DNA of 64,000 nucleotides, taken from positions 704,001 through 768,000 of the forward strand of contig CBDFGR010000003.1 in the NCBI GenBank assembly GCA_965247115.1, written 5' to 3'. The number at the start of each line of letters is the position of its first letter. Within the stretch, counting starts at the first letter, position 1. The position numbers and the translations under genes are program-made. The notes beneath the pieces were generated by a model. The model saw only the letters and a program-made list of their open reading frames with translations, had not been told where the DNA came from and did not search any database. Of this stretch, positions 8,884 to 18,945 are shown one piece after another. Origin of the DNA: Myxococcota bacterium (GTDB lineage: Bacteria; Myxococcota_A; UBA9160; SZUA-336).

Positions 8884-9858
8884 TCAGTCGTAAATCGCGA
8901 CACACCGAACTTCGATACTCCAGCGTTCTGGGGCATCGGGGGACGCAGACGGATCCTCGAAGGCGCTGTGAAAGCTGAAGGTGCAGGGGGCCCACACGTC
9001 AGCGGCATCACCTCGATGACCCTGTGAGCGGGCCAGGTTGCCTCCGGAGTCCCACTGCTTGATGAGCAGCGCCTCGTCTCGTGTTAGCGCTGGATAGTAG
9101 TACCACTGGTGTCGTGACGAATGCTTCGCAAAGTAGTTCTCGCCCACTCGGTCTCGATAGTGGATCTCGAACACGACGAGGTCTTCAGGCTCTACGCTCT
9201 GCGCGTCGCACAACGCGACGGGATCTGATGCGACCGGCTCGTGGGCAATGTTGCGCCAGACGTTGATGAACGCGAAACGTCCGTCATCGCCGAGCGCCCG
9301 ATCCACCATCTCGGGCTCCAGCAGGGCCCGATCGATGATCGAGCGCAGCGTGTCGTTGGCGCTCGGAGGCTTTGCGAGGTCTCTCAACCGCTCCGGAGCG
9401 CTCCTCAGCGTGTAATCGCCGTGCGCGAGGTGGGCCGGGCCCTGCACCTGCTGCCCCCCGCTGATCCGTCGCTTGCTTTCCTTCCCGGCTGCAGAGCGTA
9501 CGTTGTGGTCGAAGGCAAAGACATGGCGGGCTGTGGTGGCCTCCCGAACCACCTGCGCACATTCGCGGTAGTAGTCCCCCACGACCTCCAGATGATCGAA
9601 GAAGTCGAGGTCGGGACGCAGGAGGGGTCGGGTGAGCAGCTCCAATCCGTTCCTGGCGAGGGTCCGGCGCTTCGCCCCGTCCATGAGTCGAGCGTTGTGG
9701 ACCGTCATCCTCCGCTGCTCGAGGACGACCCCCTCGGTGCCGGCGTCGCTGCCATCAGCGTCACGCCGCGTGAGCATCTTTCCGTTTCGGTAGAGGGAAT
9801 GTCGAACGGACGGGTCGACGTAGTTGAACCGGCCGACCCGGTCCTCGTCGCCTGTCAT
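8884..9858 (-). CDS. CmcJ/NvfI-family (AsaB/GA4-desaturase-like) oxidoreductase
   Basis: FDHNVR, AHGDYT, FINVWRNI, PVALCDAQSV, HSAFEDP, RWSIEVR. Start uncertain (9858 or 9906). Confidence 0.8.
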   Translation of the reverse strand: MTGDEDRVGRFNYVDPSVRHSLYRNGKMLTRRDADGSDAGTEGVVLEQRRMTVHNARLMDGAKRRTLARNGLELLTRPLLRPDLDFFDHLEVVGDYYRECAQVVREATTARHVFAFDHNVRSAAGKESKRRISGGQQVQGPAHLAHGDYTLRSAPERLRDLAKPPSANDTLRSIIDRALLEPEMVDRALGDDGRFAFINVWRNIAHEPVASDPVALCDAQSVEPEDLVVFEIHYRDRVGENYFAKHSSRHQWYYYPALTRDEALLIKQWDSGGNLARSQGHRGDAADVWAPCTFSFHSAFEDPSASPDAPERWSIEVRCVAIYD

Positions 9859-9966
9859 CGGTGCTGCGGTCACGCTCACGGCTGCCCCCGTAACACTACA
9901 ATCCACGCATCATATCCTGCCGGTTCTCCCCGAGTTAGAATGACCGGGGACACCCTGGAGGCTCCA

Positions 9967-11232
9967 TTGCCCGAACCACTGTCCGGCTACCGGGTCGTCG
10001 ACATGACGACGGCCGTCCAGGGGCCCGCTGCAGGGCTCTATCTCTCAGACATGGGCGCCGAGGTGGTCAAGGTCGAGCGCCCGACCGGAGAGGCGACGCG
10101 CTTTCTGCGAGGGCCGAACAATCCCCACCCGCAAGAGGCGCACGGTACGCAGTTCGTCGCCGTCAACCGCGGCAAGAAGATGCTGCGAGTCGACGCCGAG
10201 GGAGAGCTCGGGCGGTCCGCGCTCTACCGGCTGATCGAGCGTTCGGACGTCTTCCTGACGAACTATCGCGAGTTGGCGATGGAACGGCTGGGATTTGGCT
10301 ACGAGGCGCTGCGCGCGCTGAACCCGCAGCTCGTCTACGCGGCCGTCAACGGCTTCGGCCCCCGGGGACCGCTCGCCGACAAGGCGATGGTCGACGGCGC
10401 CGCCCAGGCGCGCGGCGGTCTCCCCCATTTGACGGGCGACCCCGACGGCCCGCCGAGGCCCGCCGGCGGAATCATCGCCGACACCGCTGGCGGCATGCAG
10501 CTCGCCCTCGGCATCCTCACCGCACTCCTCGCGCGCGAGCGCCACGGTGTCGGGCAGAAGGTGAACACCTCGGGCTATGGCACCCAGCTCTGGCTCCAGA
10601 TGTGGGAGATCGCGCATGCGGGCGCGACCGGTCAGTCGCTGCGCCGCGCCGGCGCCCACCACGGCGGCGTTCCCGGCATGTACGGGATCTACGAGACTGC
10701 CGACCACGACCACCTCTTCATGGCGTTTCCGCTCACCACGCCGGCGTGGGTCGCGCTGTGCGAGTTTGCCGGCGAGCACGCGCTGGGGGCCGACGAGCAG
10801 TGGCACGACGTGGCGCGGCGCATCGGTATGAACGACCCCGACGCGGACTACGACGCCGTGCGCGAACGTCTCCGGCTCGCCTTCTTGCGAAAGCCCATGA
10901 AGGACTGGGAGGCGTTTCTGGACTCGGAGCCCGAGATCATCTGGAATCGTGTCTTTAACCACAACGACGTGCTGAACGACCCGCAGGCGCTCGCAAACGA
11001 CTACGTCGTCGAGATGGACATTTCGGGGATCGGGCCGAGCAGGGTGGTCGGAAACGTCGTCCAGCTCAGCGAGACGCCGGGGTCGGCCAAGGGTCCCTCG
11101 CCCGAACCTGGCCAGCACACCGAAGAGGTTTTGCTCGACCTGGGCTACTCCTGGGACGAGATCAGCGCGATCAACGACGAGACCGAGGCGTCGGTCGCGC
11201 GCGCAATCGCGGCGTCGGGCCGCCCGCTCTAG
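9967..11232 (+). CDS. Family III CoA transferase (CaiB/BaiF)
   Basis: PLSGYRVVDMT..QGP, DMGAEVVKVE, NRGKK, PGQHTEEVL. TTG start after GGAGG; alternative ATG at 9940. Confidence 0.9.
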   Translation: MPEPLSGYRVVDMTTAVQGPAAGLYLSDMGAEVVKVERPTGEATRFLRGPNNPHPQEAHGTQFVAVNRGKKMLRVDAEGELGRSALYRLIERSDVFLTNYRELAMERLGFGYEALRALNPQLVYAAVNGFGPRGPLADKAMVDGAAQARGGLPHLTGDPDGPPRPAGGIIADTAGGMQLALGILTALLARERHGVGQKVNTSGYGTQLWLQMWEIAHAGATGQSLRRAGAHHGGVPGMYGIYETADHDHLFMAFPLTTPAWVALCEFAGEHALGADEQWHDVARRIGMNDPDADYDAVRERLRLAFLRKPMKDWEAFLDSEPEIIWNRVFNHNDVLNDPQALANDYVVEMDISGIGPSRVVGNVVQLSETPGSAKGPSPEPGQHTEEVLLDLGYSWDEISAINDETEASVARAIAASGRPL

Positions 11233-11306
11233 GCCTTACAAGCAACCGCGGTCGACGACGTCGAGCTCTGCGGCAGTCATAGCACCCCCAGGTCGCAGAG
11301 CGGACC

Positions 11307-12419
11307 CTAGCCCAGGCCGTAGATCTTCGCCGCGGTGTCGTGGACGATCTGGCGGCGCTGCTCCTCGGGTAGGTGGCCGAGCCGCTTCTGCACGATCTCG
11401 CGCGAGCGGGGGAAGGTCGCCGCCGTGTGTGGGTAGTCGGACGACCACATGATGTTCTCGGGGCCGTAGCGGTGCAGCGAATCTACGAAGACCGGGTCGG
11501 CGATAAAGGTCGCGAAGACCTGGCGCCGGATGTACTCGCTCGCTCGCCCCGCGAGCTTCAGTCCGCCGAGCGCCCCCAGGCGGTGCTGCACCGTGTCGAG
11601 TCGGTACATGAGGTAGGCCATCCAGCCCGCATCGTTTTCGGCGGACACGATGCGCAGGCCGGGAAACTTCTCCAGCACTCCCCCGAGCACGAGTTCGGCG
11701 ATCGAACGCTCGATCTGGTGGTGTAGCGTCGCGAGCCCGAGCAGGAAATCGGGGCCCGAGCCCGAGCCGGTCCCTGTGCCGCTTCGCGCCGTCAGGATGT
11801 GGAGCGAGAGCGGCAGGTCGAGGTCCTGCGCAGCCGCCCAGAACGGCTCGTAGTCGGGGTGGCGGTAGGGCCGGTCGTCCGGCGGCTCGGCCCAGATCAT
11901 GGCGCCGCGCATGCCGAGCTTCGCGATGCGCTCGAGCTCTTCGATGGCCGACGGGATGTCCTCGAGCGTGATCAGACCGAGCGCGACGAGGCGATCGCGG
12001 TCGTAGCTGCAATACTCGCTGGCCCAGTCGTTGAATGCGCGGAAGCAGGCGGCGCGCAGGCCCGCATCGTCGAGCCCGAAGAGCGGCATGCCCATGGACG
12101 TGTAGATCACCTCGGCCCGAACACCGTCCTTGTCCTGGTCCTCGATCCGGAATGCGGGATCCCACACGCTCTTCGGCGCTTCTTCGAAGCCCTTCTTGGC
12201 GTGGGCCCGAAGGTCGCCCGAAGGCACTCCGGCCCCGAAGAAACCCGCAACCGACATCGGGGTGATGTTCTCGCACACGAACCACTCGCCGTCGCGGCCT
12301 TTCAAGCCCTTGACGGTGTGCGGTGCCCGGTCGCGGTAGGCGCGGTCGATCCGTTCGGTCCACATGTTCGGAGGCTCGACGAAGTGGGAGTCGGCCGAGA
12401 TGAGAACGTCTCGTGTCAT
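11307..12419 (-). CDS. Amidohydrolase_2 family metallo-hydrolase/decarboxylase
   Basis: ISADSHFVEP, LSLHIL, ENDAGW, MWSSDYPH; SD GGAGG. Confidence 0.9.
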   Translation of the reverse strand: MTRDVLISADSHFVEPPNMWTERIDRAYRDRAPHTVKGLKGRDGEWFVCENITPMSVAGFFGAGVPSGDLRAHAKKGFEEAPKSVWDPAFRIEDQDKDGVRAEVIYTSMGMPLFGLDDAGLRAACFRAFNDWASEYCSYDRDRLVALGLITLEDIPSAIEELERIAKLGMRGAMIWAEPPDDRPYRHPDYEPFWAAAQDLDLPLSLHILTARSGTGTGSGSGPDFLLGLATLHHQIERSIAELVLGGVLEKFPGLRIVSAENDAGWMAYLMYRLDTVQHRLGALGGLKLAGRASEYIRRQVFATFIADPVFVDSLHRYGPENIMWSSDYPHTAATFPRSREIVQKRLGHLPEEQRRQIVHDTAAKIYGLG

Positions 12420-12487
12420 CGAATACCTCCCAGGCAAGTGTACGCGGCCGGGGGAAGGAAAGTATACTCGGGCGAGAGGAGGGCTCA

Positions 12488-13243
12488 GTGGAGAAGATCG
12501 TCGCAACGACAGAGAGTGGTGTTCGGACGATTTTGCTAAATCGGCCGGAGAAGCGAAACGCGCTCGACGGGGAGATGCTGTCGCTGCTCTTGGATTCGTT
12601 TCGCAAGCTCCCCGATCCGGCCGAGCGAGTGGTCGTCCTACGCTCCGCCGGTCCGGTCTTCTGCGCGGGCATCGACCTGCGCGAGCGCGCGGATGCCCCC
12701 GACCGGATGAGCAACATCGAGGAAGTGCTCCGCGCGATCGAGACGTACAAGCTACCCGTCGTCGCCGTCGTCCAGGGTGCAGCCATCGCCGGCGGCAACG
12801 AGCTGGCGCTCCACTGCGACTTCGTCGTCGCATCCGAACGTGCCGCGTTCGGCATGTCGCTCGCGCAGATCGGCCTCGCGCCGAGCTGGTTTCTGGCGAA
12901 GAAGCTGCTCGAGGTCGCGGGACCCATCGTCGCGCGAGAGATGCTCCTGCTCGGCGACCCGCTCCCTGCCCAGCGCATGCACCAGCTCGGGATCATCTCG
13001 CGGGTGGCCCCCCATGATGAGCTCGACGCAGCAGCGGCGGCCCTGGTCGACCGCCTCGTCGCCAACGCCCCCCTCTCGCTGCGCTCGATGAAGCAGCTCC
13101 TCGTGCGCCAGATGGCCTTCCGCGACGGCATCTCGCACGAGGACGTCGACGCGCTGCTCGCCGAGGCCCGCACGAGCGCCGACGCCCGCGAGGGGATCCG
13201 GGCGCGCCTCGAGAAACGCTCCCCACACTTCGAGGGCCGCTAG
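12488..13243 (+). CDS. Enoyl-CoA hydratase/isomerase family protein
   Basis: LNRPEKRNAL, FCAGIDL, AIAGGNELALHCD, EKRSPHFEGR. Confidence 0.9.
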   Translation: MEKIVATTESGVRTILLNRPEKRNALDGEMLSLLLDSFRKLPDPAERVVVLRSAGPVFCAGIDLRERADAPDRMSNIEEVLRAIETYKLPVVAVVQGAAIAGGNELALHCDFVVASERAAFGMSLAQIGLAPSWFLAKKLLEVAGPIVAREMLLLGDPLPAQRMHQLGIISRVAPHDELDAAAAALVDRLVANAPLSLRSMKQLLVRQMAFRDGISHEDVDALLAEARTSADAREGIRARLEKRSPHFEGR

Positions 13244-13262
13244 CACCGGCACGGTGGAGGAC

Positions 13263-14312
13263 ATGCCTGAAAGCCACTCTCGTGTTGTCGTGATCCCTGG
13301 AGACGATGCCGCCCCCGAAGCGGTCGCGGCGGCAATGCGCGTCCTGCGCAGGCTCGAGCTCCCGATTGACTGGGACGTGTTGCCCGCCGGTGCTGAGCTC
13401 GAGTCGATGGGGGCGGACGAGCGCGAAAAGTGGGTCAACGACCGAATCGATGCCGCCGACACCGTGCTCTTCGGCTCGACCAACGGGACGACCCCTGGCG
13501 TGCTGCACATGCGCTGGGACCGGGAGACCTACGCCAACGTGCGGCCGATCCGCTGGCGACCGGGCTTCCAGTCTCCGCTCGCAAACCCCGCTGACATCGA
13601 CTACGTGATCGTGCGTGAGAACCTCGAGGACATGTACGTGGGCGTGATGGGCCCGCTCACAGACTTGCGCTCCGCCGGTCTCGCGGGAGAGCGGTCGCGT
13701 CTGCCCGCCGGGCGCGAGGGGCGCTACGCGGCCAAGGTGATCACGCGAGATGGCACGGAGCGGGTCTCGCGTTTTGCGTGTGAAGTCGCTGCCAAGCGCC
13801 GAAACAAGCTCACGGTCTCGGCCAAGACCAACATGCTGCCCGCAACGGACCGCTGGTTCTGTGACATCGCCCGCGAGATTGCACAGGAGTACGCCGGGCT
13901 CGAGTTCGAGCAGTTCATAGTCGACGACATGGCGCACCGCTTGGTGAGCGCGCCCCACGAGCTCGACGTTCTGCTGCTCCCGAACCTCTACGGCGACATC
14001 CTGTCCGACGAGGCCGCGGCGACGATCGGCGGACTCGGACTGGCGCCGAGTGGCTGCTACGGCGCCGACTTCGCGTATTTCGAGTCTGCCCACGGCACCG
14101 CGCCCGACATCGCTGGGCAGCACAAGATCAACCCGACCGCCACGTTGGTGTCGGGCGTGATGATGCTAGAGCACCTCGGATTGAACGAGCAGGCCGCGCG
14201 ACTGGACGAGGCAATCTCGAATGTCTACGCGGAGGGGCGCGTCCTCACGCCGGATCAGGGCGGCTCGGCCTCGACCGACGAGTTCGCGGGTGCCCTCGTA
14301 GCTGCGCTCTAG
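13263..14312 (+). CDS. Isocitrate/isopropylmalate (beta-hydroxyacid decarboxylating) dehydrogenase family protein
   Basis: YANVRP, RENLED, PNLYGDILSD, FESAHGTAPDIAG..INP. Confidence 0.9.
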   Translation: MPESHSRVVVIPGDDAAPEAVAAAMRVLRRLELPIDWDVLPAGAELESMGADEREKWVNDRIDAADTVLFGSTNGTTPGVLHMRWDRETYANVRPIRWRPGFQSPLANPADIDYVIVRENLEDMYVGVMGPLTDLRSAGLAGERSRLPAGREGRYAAKVITRDGTERVSRFACEVAAKRRNKLTVSAKTNMLPATDRWFCDIAREIAQEYAGLEFEQFIVDDMAHRLVSAPHELDVLLLPNLYGDILSDEAAATIGGLGLAPSGCYGADFAYFESAHGTAPDIAGQHKINPTATLVSGVMMLEHLGLNEQAARLDEAISNVYAEGRVLTPDQGGSASTDEFAGALVAAL

Positions 14313-14356
14313 TGTCGGCCTTTCCGCTCGCGGGGCCGCAGAGCCGGAGCGACTAG

Positions 14357-16816
14357 ATGCTCAGCGCCTACCGAGTGCTCGACCTCTCTGACGAGCGGGG
14401 CATGCTCTGCGGTCAGATCCTCGCCGACCTCGGCGCGGACGTGATCCAGGTCGAGCCCCCGGAAGGCTCACCCGTCCGCGCGCTGCCCCCGTTTTACAAG
14501 GACGACGTTCATCCCGAGAAGAGCCTCGCCTGGTGGGCGCTCGCCCGCGGCAAGCGCGGTATCCGTCTGGACCTCGAGAACGGCGAAGGCCGCGATCGCC
14601 TGAAGCTGCTGGCCGCGGGAGCGGACGTGCTGATCGAGTCGGCTCCGCCTGGGTCCATGGCCGCGCTGGGTCTGGGGCCAGACGATCTGCGCCCGATCAA
14701 CCCCACGTTGGTCTACGTGTCGATCAGCGCGTTCGGCCAGCGCGGACCCAAGTCGGACTACGCCGACACGGATCTCGTCGTCATGGCAGCGAGCGGGGCG
14801 CTTTACCTGACCGGCGACGAGGACCGCGCGCCGCTGCGGGCGAGCGTGCCTCAGGCGTTCGCGCACGCGAGCACCGACGCGGCGTGTGCGGCGCTGATCG
14901 CGCTCGCCGAGCGCCGCAGGTCGGGTCTGGGACAGTCGGTGGACGTGAGCGCGCAGCAGTCCGTCACGGTCGCGACCATGTTCGGGGCGCTCGACGTCCC
15001 GTACGGCGCGAAACCCCGAGGGCGGGCGGGCACCGGGCGGCGCGTCGGCGACCGCGTGATCCGCACCCACTACCGCGCGCGCGACGGCTGGGTGGTGATC
15101 GTGCCCGGATTTGCGCGACCCGTGGCCCACTTCACCAGGCGGCTCTTCGCGTGGGCCGCGGAGGAGGGCTTGTGCGACGAGTCCGTGCCCGAACGGAACT
15201 GGAGCGAATACGGGGTCGCACTCGTCAGCGGCGCCCTGTCCCAGGACGAGCACAGACTGCAGACCGAGTCGGTCATCGAACGCCTGCTCGCCTCGAGGAC
15301 GAGAGCCGAGATCTTGAAGCAGGCGCTTGCGCGCAAGCTGCTCCTCGCCCCAATTCTCTCGATCGGCGAGACGATGGAGAGCGAGCAATTCGTCGTGCGT
15401 GGCTACCCCACCGAGCTGGCCCACCCGGCGCTCGGCTGCTCGACCCGCTATCCGGGCCCGTTTGCGAGGTTCTCGCGCACGCCCCTGAGCTACCGCCGCT
15501 GCGCCCCGACCATCGGCGAGCACGAAGAGGAGCTCCTGGCCGAGCGTCCGCGAAGACCGACGATCCCGACAGCGGCTGAGGTGGACCGCGCCTCTGAGCG
15601 CGACCCCGCGTTGCCGCTCGCCGGCGTGAAGGTGCTCGACCTGTTCTGGGTGCTGGCCGGTCCGGGATCGACGCGCGTTCTCGCCGACTATGGCGCGACA
15701 GTCGTACACGCCGAGTCCATGCTCCGGAGGGACACGCTACGCGCGGTCGGCCCGCATCTCGGCGGGCGCTCGGGACCCGAGCGCTCGGGCCCGTTCCACA
15801 CGACGAACGCGGGAAAACTCGGGATCACCCTGGACCTGAGTCGGCCCGAGGGCCGGGACATCGTTCGCGACCTGGTGCGCTGGGCGGACGTGGTCACGGA
15901 GTCGTTCTCGCCAGGCGTGATGCAGGCCTGGGGCCTCGACTACGCGTCGCTGCGCGAGATCCGGCCGGACCTGATCATGATCTCGAGCTGCCTCATGGGC
16001 CAGACCGGGCCGATGCGATCGTTTGCGGGCTTCGGCGCGCTCGCCGCGTCGGTCACAGGGCTCCAGAACCTGGCGGGCTGGCCCGATCGTGCTCCCACCG
16101 GACCCTACGGCGCGTACACCGACTTCATCGCGGTTCGCTACAACGCGCTGGCGATCCTCGCGGCGCTCGAGCACCGCGCGCGCACGGGCGAAGGCCAGTA
16201 CGTCGACATGGCGCAGGCCGAGGCGGGTCTGCACTTCGTCGTACCGGCGGTGCTCGACTACACCGCAAACGGACGCAGTCCGGAGCCCCGCGCCAACTGG
16301 GATCCCGTACTCGCCCCGCACGGCGTCTATCCGACTGTTGGGACCGATCGCTGGGCCGCGATCGCCGTACGCGACGAGCGCGATTGGCGCGAGCTCTGCG
16401 CGGTGATCGGCCGACAGGATCTCGCGCGCGATCCAGAGCTCGCCACGGCTGCGGGTCGCCGCTCGCACTCCGGAGCGCTCGACGCAGCGATCTCCGAGTG
16501 GACTCGCGAGCGCGAGCCGGAGGCCGTGGAGAGCGCTCTGCAGGCGCGCGGAGTTCCGGCCCATGCCGTCCACGACATGGAGACCCTGTACCGCGACCGA
16601 CAGCTGGCCGCGCGCGAGCACTTCATCGAAGTCGAGCACCCCGAGCATGGCATGCTCGTGATCGAAGGGTCGCGGTCGCGTCTGTCGCGCACCCCGGCGC
16701 GCGCTCCGAAGCGGGCGCTCACCTACGGGTGCGACAACAGGAGCGTGCTAGAGGAGCTTCTTGGCTACTCTCCGCAACGGATCGCCGGCCTGGCCGAGAG
16801 GAGAATCCTGCTCTAG
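14357..16816 (+). CDS. Tandem two-domain family III CoA transferase
   Basis: Two CaiB/BaiF units starting LSAYRVLDL..ADLGADVIQVE and PLAGVKVLDL..ADYGATVVHAE. Confidence 0.9.
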   Translation: MLSAYRVLDLSDERGMLCGQILADLGADVIQVEPPEGSPVRALPPFYKDDVHPEKSLAWWALARGKRGIRLDLENGEGRDRLKLLAAGADVLIESAPPGSMAALGLGPDDLRPINPTLVYVSISAFGQRGPKSDYADTDLVVMAASGALYLTGDEDRAPLRASVPQAFAHASTDAACAALIALAERRRSGLGQSVDVSAQQSVTVATMFGALDVPYGAKPRGRAGTGRRVGDRVIRTHYRARDGWVVIVPGFARPVAHFTRRLFAWAAEEGLCDESVPERNWSEYGVALVSGALSQDEHRLQTESVIERLLASRTRAEILKQALARKLLLAPILSIGETMESEQFVVRGYPTELAHPALGCSTRYPGPFARFSRTPLSYRRCAPTIGEHEEELLAERPRRPTIPTAAEVDRASERDPALPLAGVKVLDLFWVLAGPGSTRVLADYGATVVHAESMLRRDTLRAVGPHLGGRSGPERSGPFHTTNAGKLGITLDLSRPEGRDIVRDLVRWADVVTESFSPGVMQAWGLDYASLREIRPDLIMISSCLMGQTGPMRSFAGFGALAASVTGLQNLAGWPDRAPTGPYGAYTDFIAVRYNALAILAALEHRARTGEGQYVDMAQAEAGLHFVVPAVLDYTANGRSPEPRANWDPVLAPHGVYPTVGTDRWAAIAVRDERDWRELCAVIGRQDLARDPELATAAGRRSHSGALDAAISEWTREREPEAVESALQARGVPAHAVHDMETLYRDRQLAAREHFIEVEHPEHGMLVIEGSRSRLSRTPARAPKRALTYGCDNRSVLEELLGYSPQRIAGLAERRILL

Positions 16817-17172
16817 TCCGGGCTCTCGGGAAGGAACCAGGGCTTCTCAAGGGCTTCGTCCGGCCAGAGGAACTCGAAGCCCGCGGCCAGGGCGTACCTC
16901 TTGTCCAGGTCCTCTCGGTCTCCGATGTGGTAGTACGCGTCCGCCTCGAACTCCGCCTTCACCTCGGGGAGCATGTGCTTGGAGACGGCAAACTTCGCGC
17001 GAATGTTGTGCTCGATCCAGATCGCCCGCTGCGTGCTGAGTGGACGGTCGGAACAACTCCCGATCACGAACCCCTTCTCCTGGGCTCGCCTCACCATGTC
17101 CATCGACAGGACTCCCGGTGGGTCACCCACGTCCAGGGTCCCGTCGATGTCAAAACTGATGAGGATCACCAC
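16813..17172 (-). CDS. Small capless HAD-superfamily hydrolase
   Basis: ISFDIDGTL motif I, CSDR, HIGDREDLD. Confidence 0.8.
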   Translation of the reverse strand: MVILISFDIDGTLDVGDPPGVLSMDMVRRAQEKGFVIGSCSDRPLSTQRAIWIEHNIRAKFAVSKHMLPEVKAEFEADAYYHIGDREDLDKRYALAAGFEFLWPDEALEKPWFLPESPD

Positions 17173-17191
17173 AGCATCGCCCCGAGACGGA

Positions 17192-18514
17192 TCAATCTGG
17201 AGTCGCGCTCCACAGCACAAAGGAGCCATAGAGGGGCATTGGGCCGCCCGATACACCGATCTCCGGCTTGACGCCCGTGATCTGTCGACCGCCAGCGCGT
17301 CCCTGCAGCTGCTGGATGGAATCGCTGTGCATCCAGAAACGGCTGCGGCCACTCCCGATGTTTCCACCGCTGGGTGACACCGGGTTCGGGCCCTCAATAC
17401 TGATGTCCGTCTGGTAGAAGTCCAGGGCTTCGCCGAACTTGATGCCGCGGTAGCCGAGTCCCTCCAGGTGGAATTGATGGAACAGGGAGAACCCGTCGTA
17501 CATGTTCTCGAAGGAGAGATCTGACGCGTGGATCCCGGCCCCCTCGTAGATCTTCCTTGCCGTGCTGGCCGTATTCTCCTCGACCTCGGCGAGCGTTGGG
17601 GTGAGGCTTCGATGGCTCGCCCTGGTCGACGCGTGGTTCCACACATAGACGGGCTCTTGCTTCATGTGTCGCGCCCGATCGGCGGTCGTGAACAGGTACG
17701 CAGCCGACACCATGATGGGTATGTCGTTGTCGAACAAACTCGCAGGCTTGGCGATCCAACGCGCGGCCAGGTAGTCCTCCGTCGTCAACTGCTCCGGCCT
17801 GTGCTGGGCCCAGTAGCCCTCAGGGAACATCAAGCCGTTCCGTCTCGAGTTCGAAATGAACGGAGCCATCATCTCGTGGGTCTTGCCGTACTTGCGACAG
17901 TACTCGGCAAACTGCAGGGCCGTCCCGTAACACGCAGGGGTTCCCCACAGATTTCGAATCGCGCTGGTCCCCGCAACTGCGCCGGCGGCGTTGGACCCTC
18001 CCTGGTAGTACCGACCCTCGAAGTTGTGCCAGCCCTTGAGCACCAGGCACGTACTCGCGCGGCCATCGCCGACCGCCTGTGCAGCCACGCACAGGGCGTT
18101 GGACATACAGGTCGGACCGTACATGGCGAACTCGACGTTGGTGAGCTCGGGCATATTGTTCAAGATCCACTCGGCGCTCAGCTGGGCGATGCCGTCCAGC
18201 GGATCGCTCGTGGGCTTGAAGGCATTCACGACCTCCGCCGGGACGGGTTTCCCCTTCGGCCAGAAGGCCCCCGTCGTTGTCACGGGATCGAGGACCAAAC
18301 CGTCGATCTCGTCGGGGGATACACCCGCGTCCTCGATTGCCCTTCTCAGCGCCAAGACGCTGTTAGCGCCCAGCGACGTCTCGGGTTTCCCGTCCCAGCG
18401 GCGGGAGGTCGGTGAGTGCCCGACGCCGACCGCCGCCACCTTCCCCCGGTGCTCCCAGACCCCGAGCCCCTCTGCGGTTCGATACATGGAATCCGGAGCC
18501 GTTTCTGTGGTCAT
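17192..18514 (-). CDS. Thiolase-superfamily protein (SCP-x/Ltp2-like)
   Basis: VAAVGVG..., AIEDAGVSPDEIDGL, YDGFS, PSGGNIGSG; coupled to a DUF35 gene. Confidence 0.8.
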   Translation of the reverse strand: MTTETAPDSMYRTAEGLGVWEHRGKVAAVGVGHSPTSRRWDGKPETSLGANSVLALRRAIEDAGVSPDEIDGLVLDPVTTTGAFWPKGKPVPAEVVNAFKPTSDPLDGIAQLSAEWILNNMPELTNVEFAMYGPTCMSNALCVAAQAVGDGRASTCLVLKGWHNFEGRYYQGGSNAAGAVAGTSAIRNLWGTPACYGTALQFAEYCRKYGKTHEMMAPFISNSRRNGLMFPEGYWAQHRPEQLTTEDYLAARWIAKPASLFDNDIPIMVSAAYLFTTADRARHMKQEPVYVWNHASTRASHRSLTPTLAEVEENTASTARKIYEGAGIHASDLSFENMYDGFSLFHQFHLEGLGYRGIKFGEALDFYQTDISIEGPNPVSPSGGNIGSGRSRFWMHSDSIQQLQGRAGGRQITGVKPEIGVSGGPMPLYGSFVLWSATPD

Positions 18515-18945
18515 GCATCACCCCTGTCGCGGTCGGTCCGCTCGACCCGCCATTCGGGGACCCTCTGACCGTTCGCGGTCGCCTCGAAGATCACCTCGAC
18601 CTTGGCCCCCACAGGGACCTCATCGACGGGAGTGCCGGGTAGGTGGGAGTACATCTGGATACCCGGGTCCTCGTCCAACATGATCACCGCGACGTTGAAC
18701 GGTTGATCGTCCTGAAGCCGCGAGACGGGGCAGTCGTACACGACGCCGTAGTTGTAGATCTTGCCCCGTCCACTCATGGTCCTCCATCCGAGCTCGTTCT
18801 CGGAGCCGCACTGACGACATCGCGTCGCCGGCGGGTGCTGGAGCGTGTCGCAGGCCTTGCAGTTCTGGATGACCAACTGCCCTTCGTTGGCGGCATCCCA
18901 AAAAGGCCGGGTCAACTCGTCGGGTTCCACTCCCTGCTTTGCCAT
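18511..18945 (-). CDS. DUF35 Zn-ribbon/OB-fold acyl-CoA-binding protein
   Basis: PFWDAANEGQLVIQNCKAC..HPP...CRQC, SGRGKIY; ATGA overlap with the thiolase gene. Confidence 0.9.
   Translation of the reverse strand: MAKQGVEPDELTRPFWDAANEGQLVIQNCKACDTLQHPPATRCRQCGSENELGWRTMSGRGKIYNYGVVYDCPVSRLQDDQPFNVAVIMLDEDPGIQMYSHLPGTPVDEVPVGAKVEVIFEATANGQRVPEWRVERTDRDRGDA

Noticed and set aside
11236..13173. Long alternative-frame ORFs (this 645-aa ORF; also 23994-25994, 25986-27566, 53549-55318 5' extension)
   Set aside because: Shadow ORFs typical of high-GC DNA, overlapping well-supported genes and lacking motifs.
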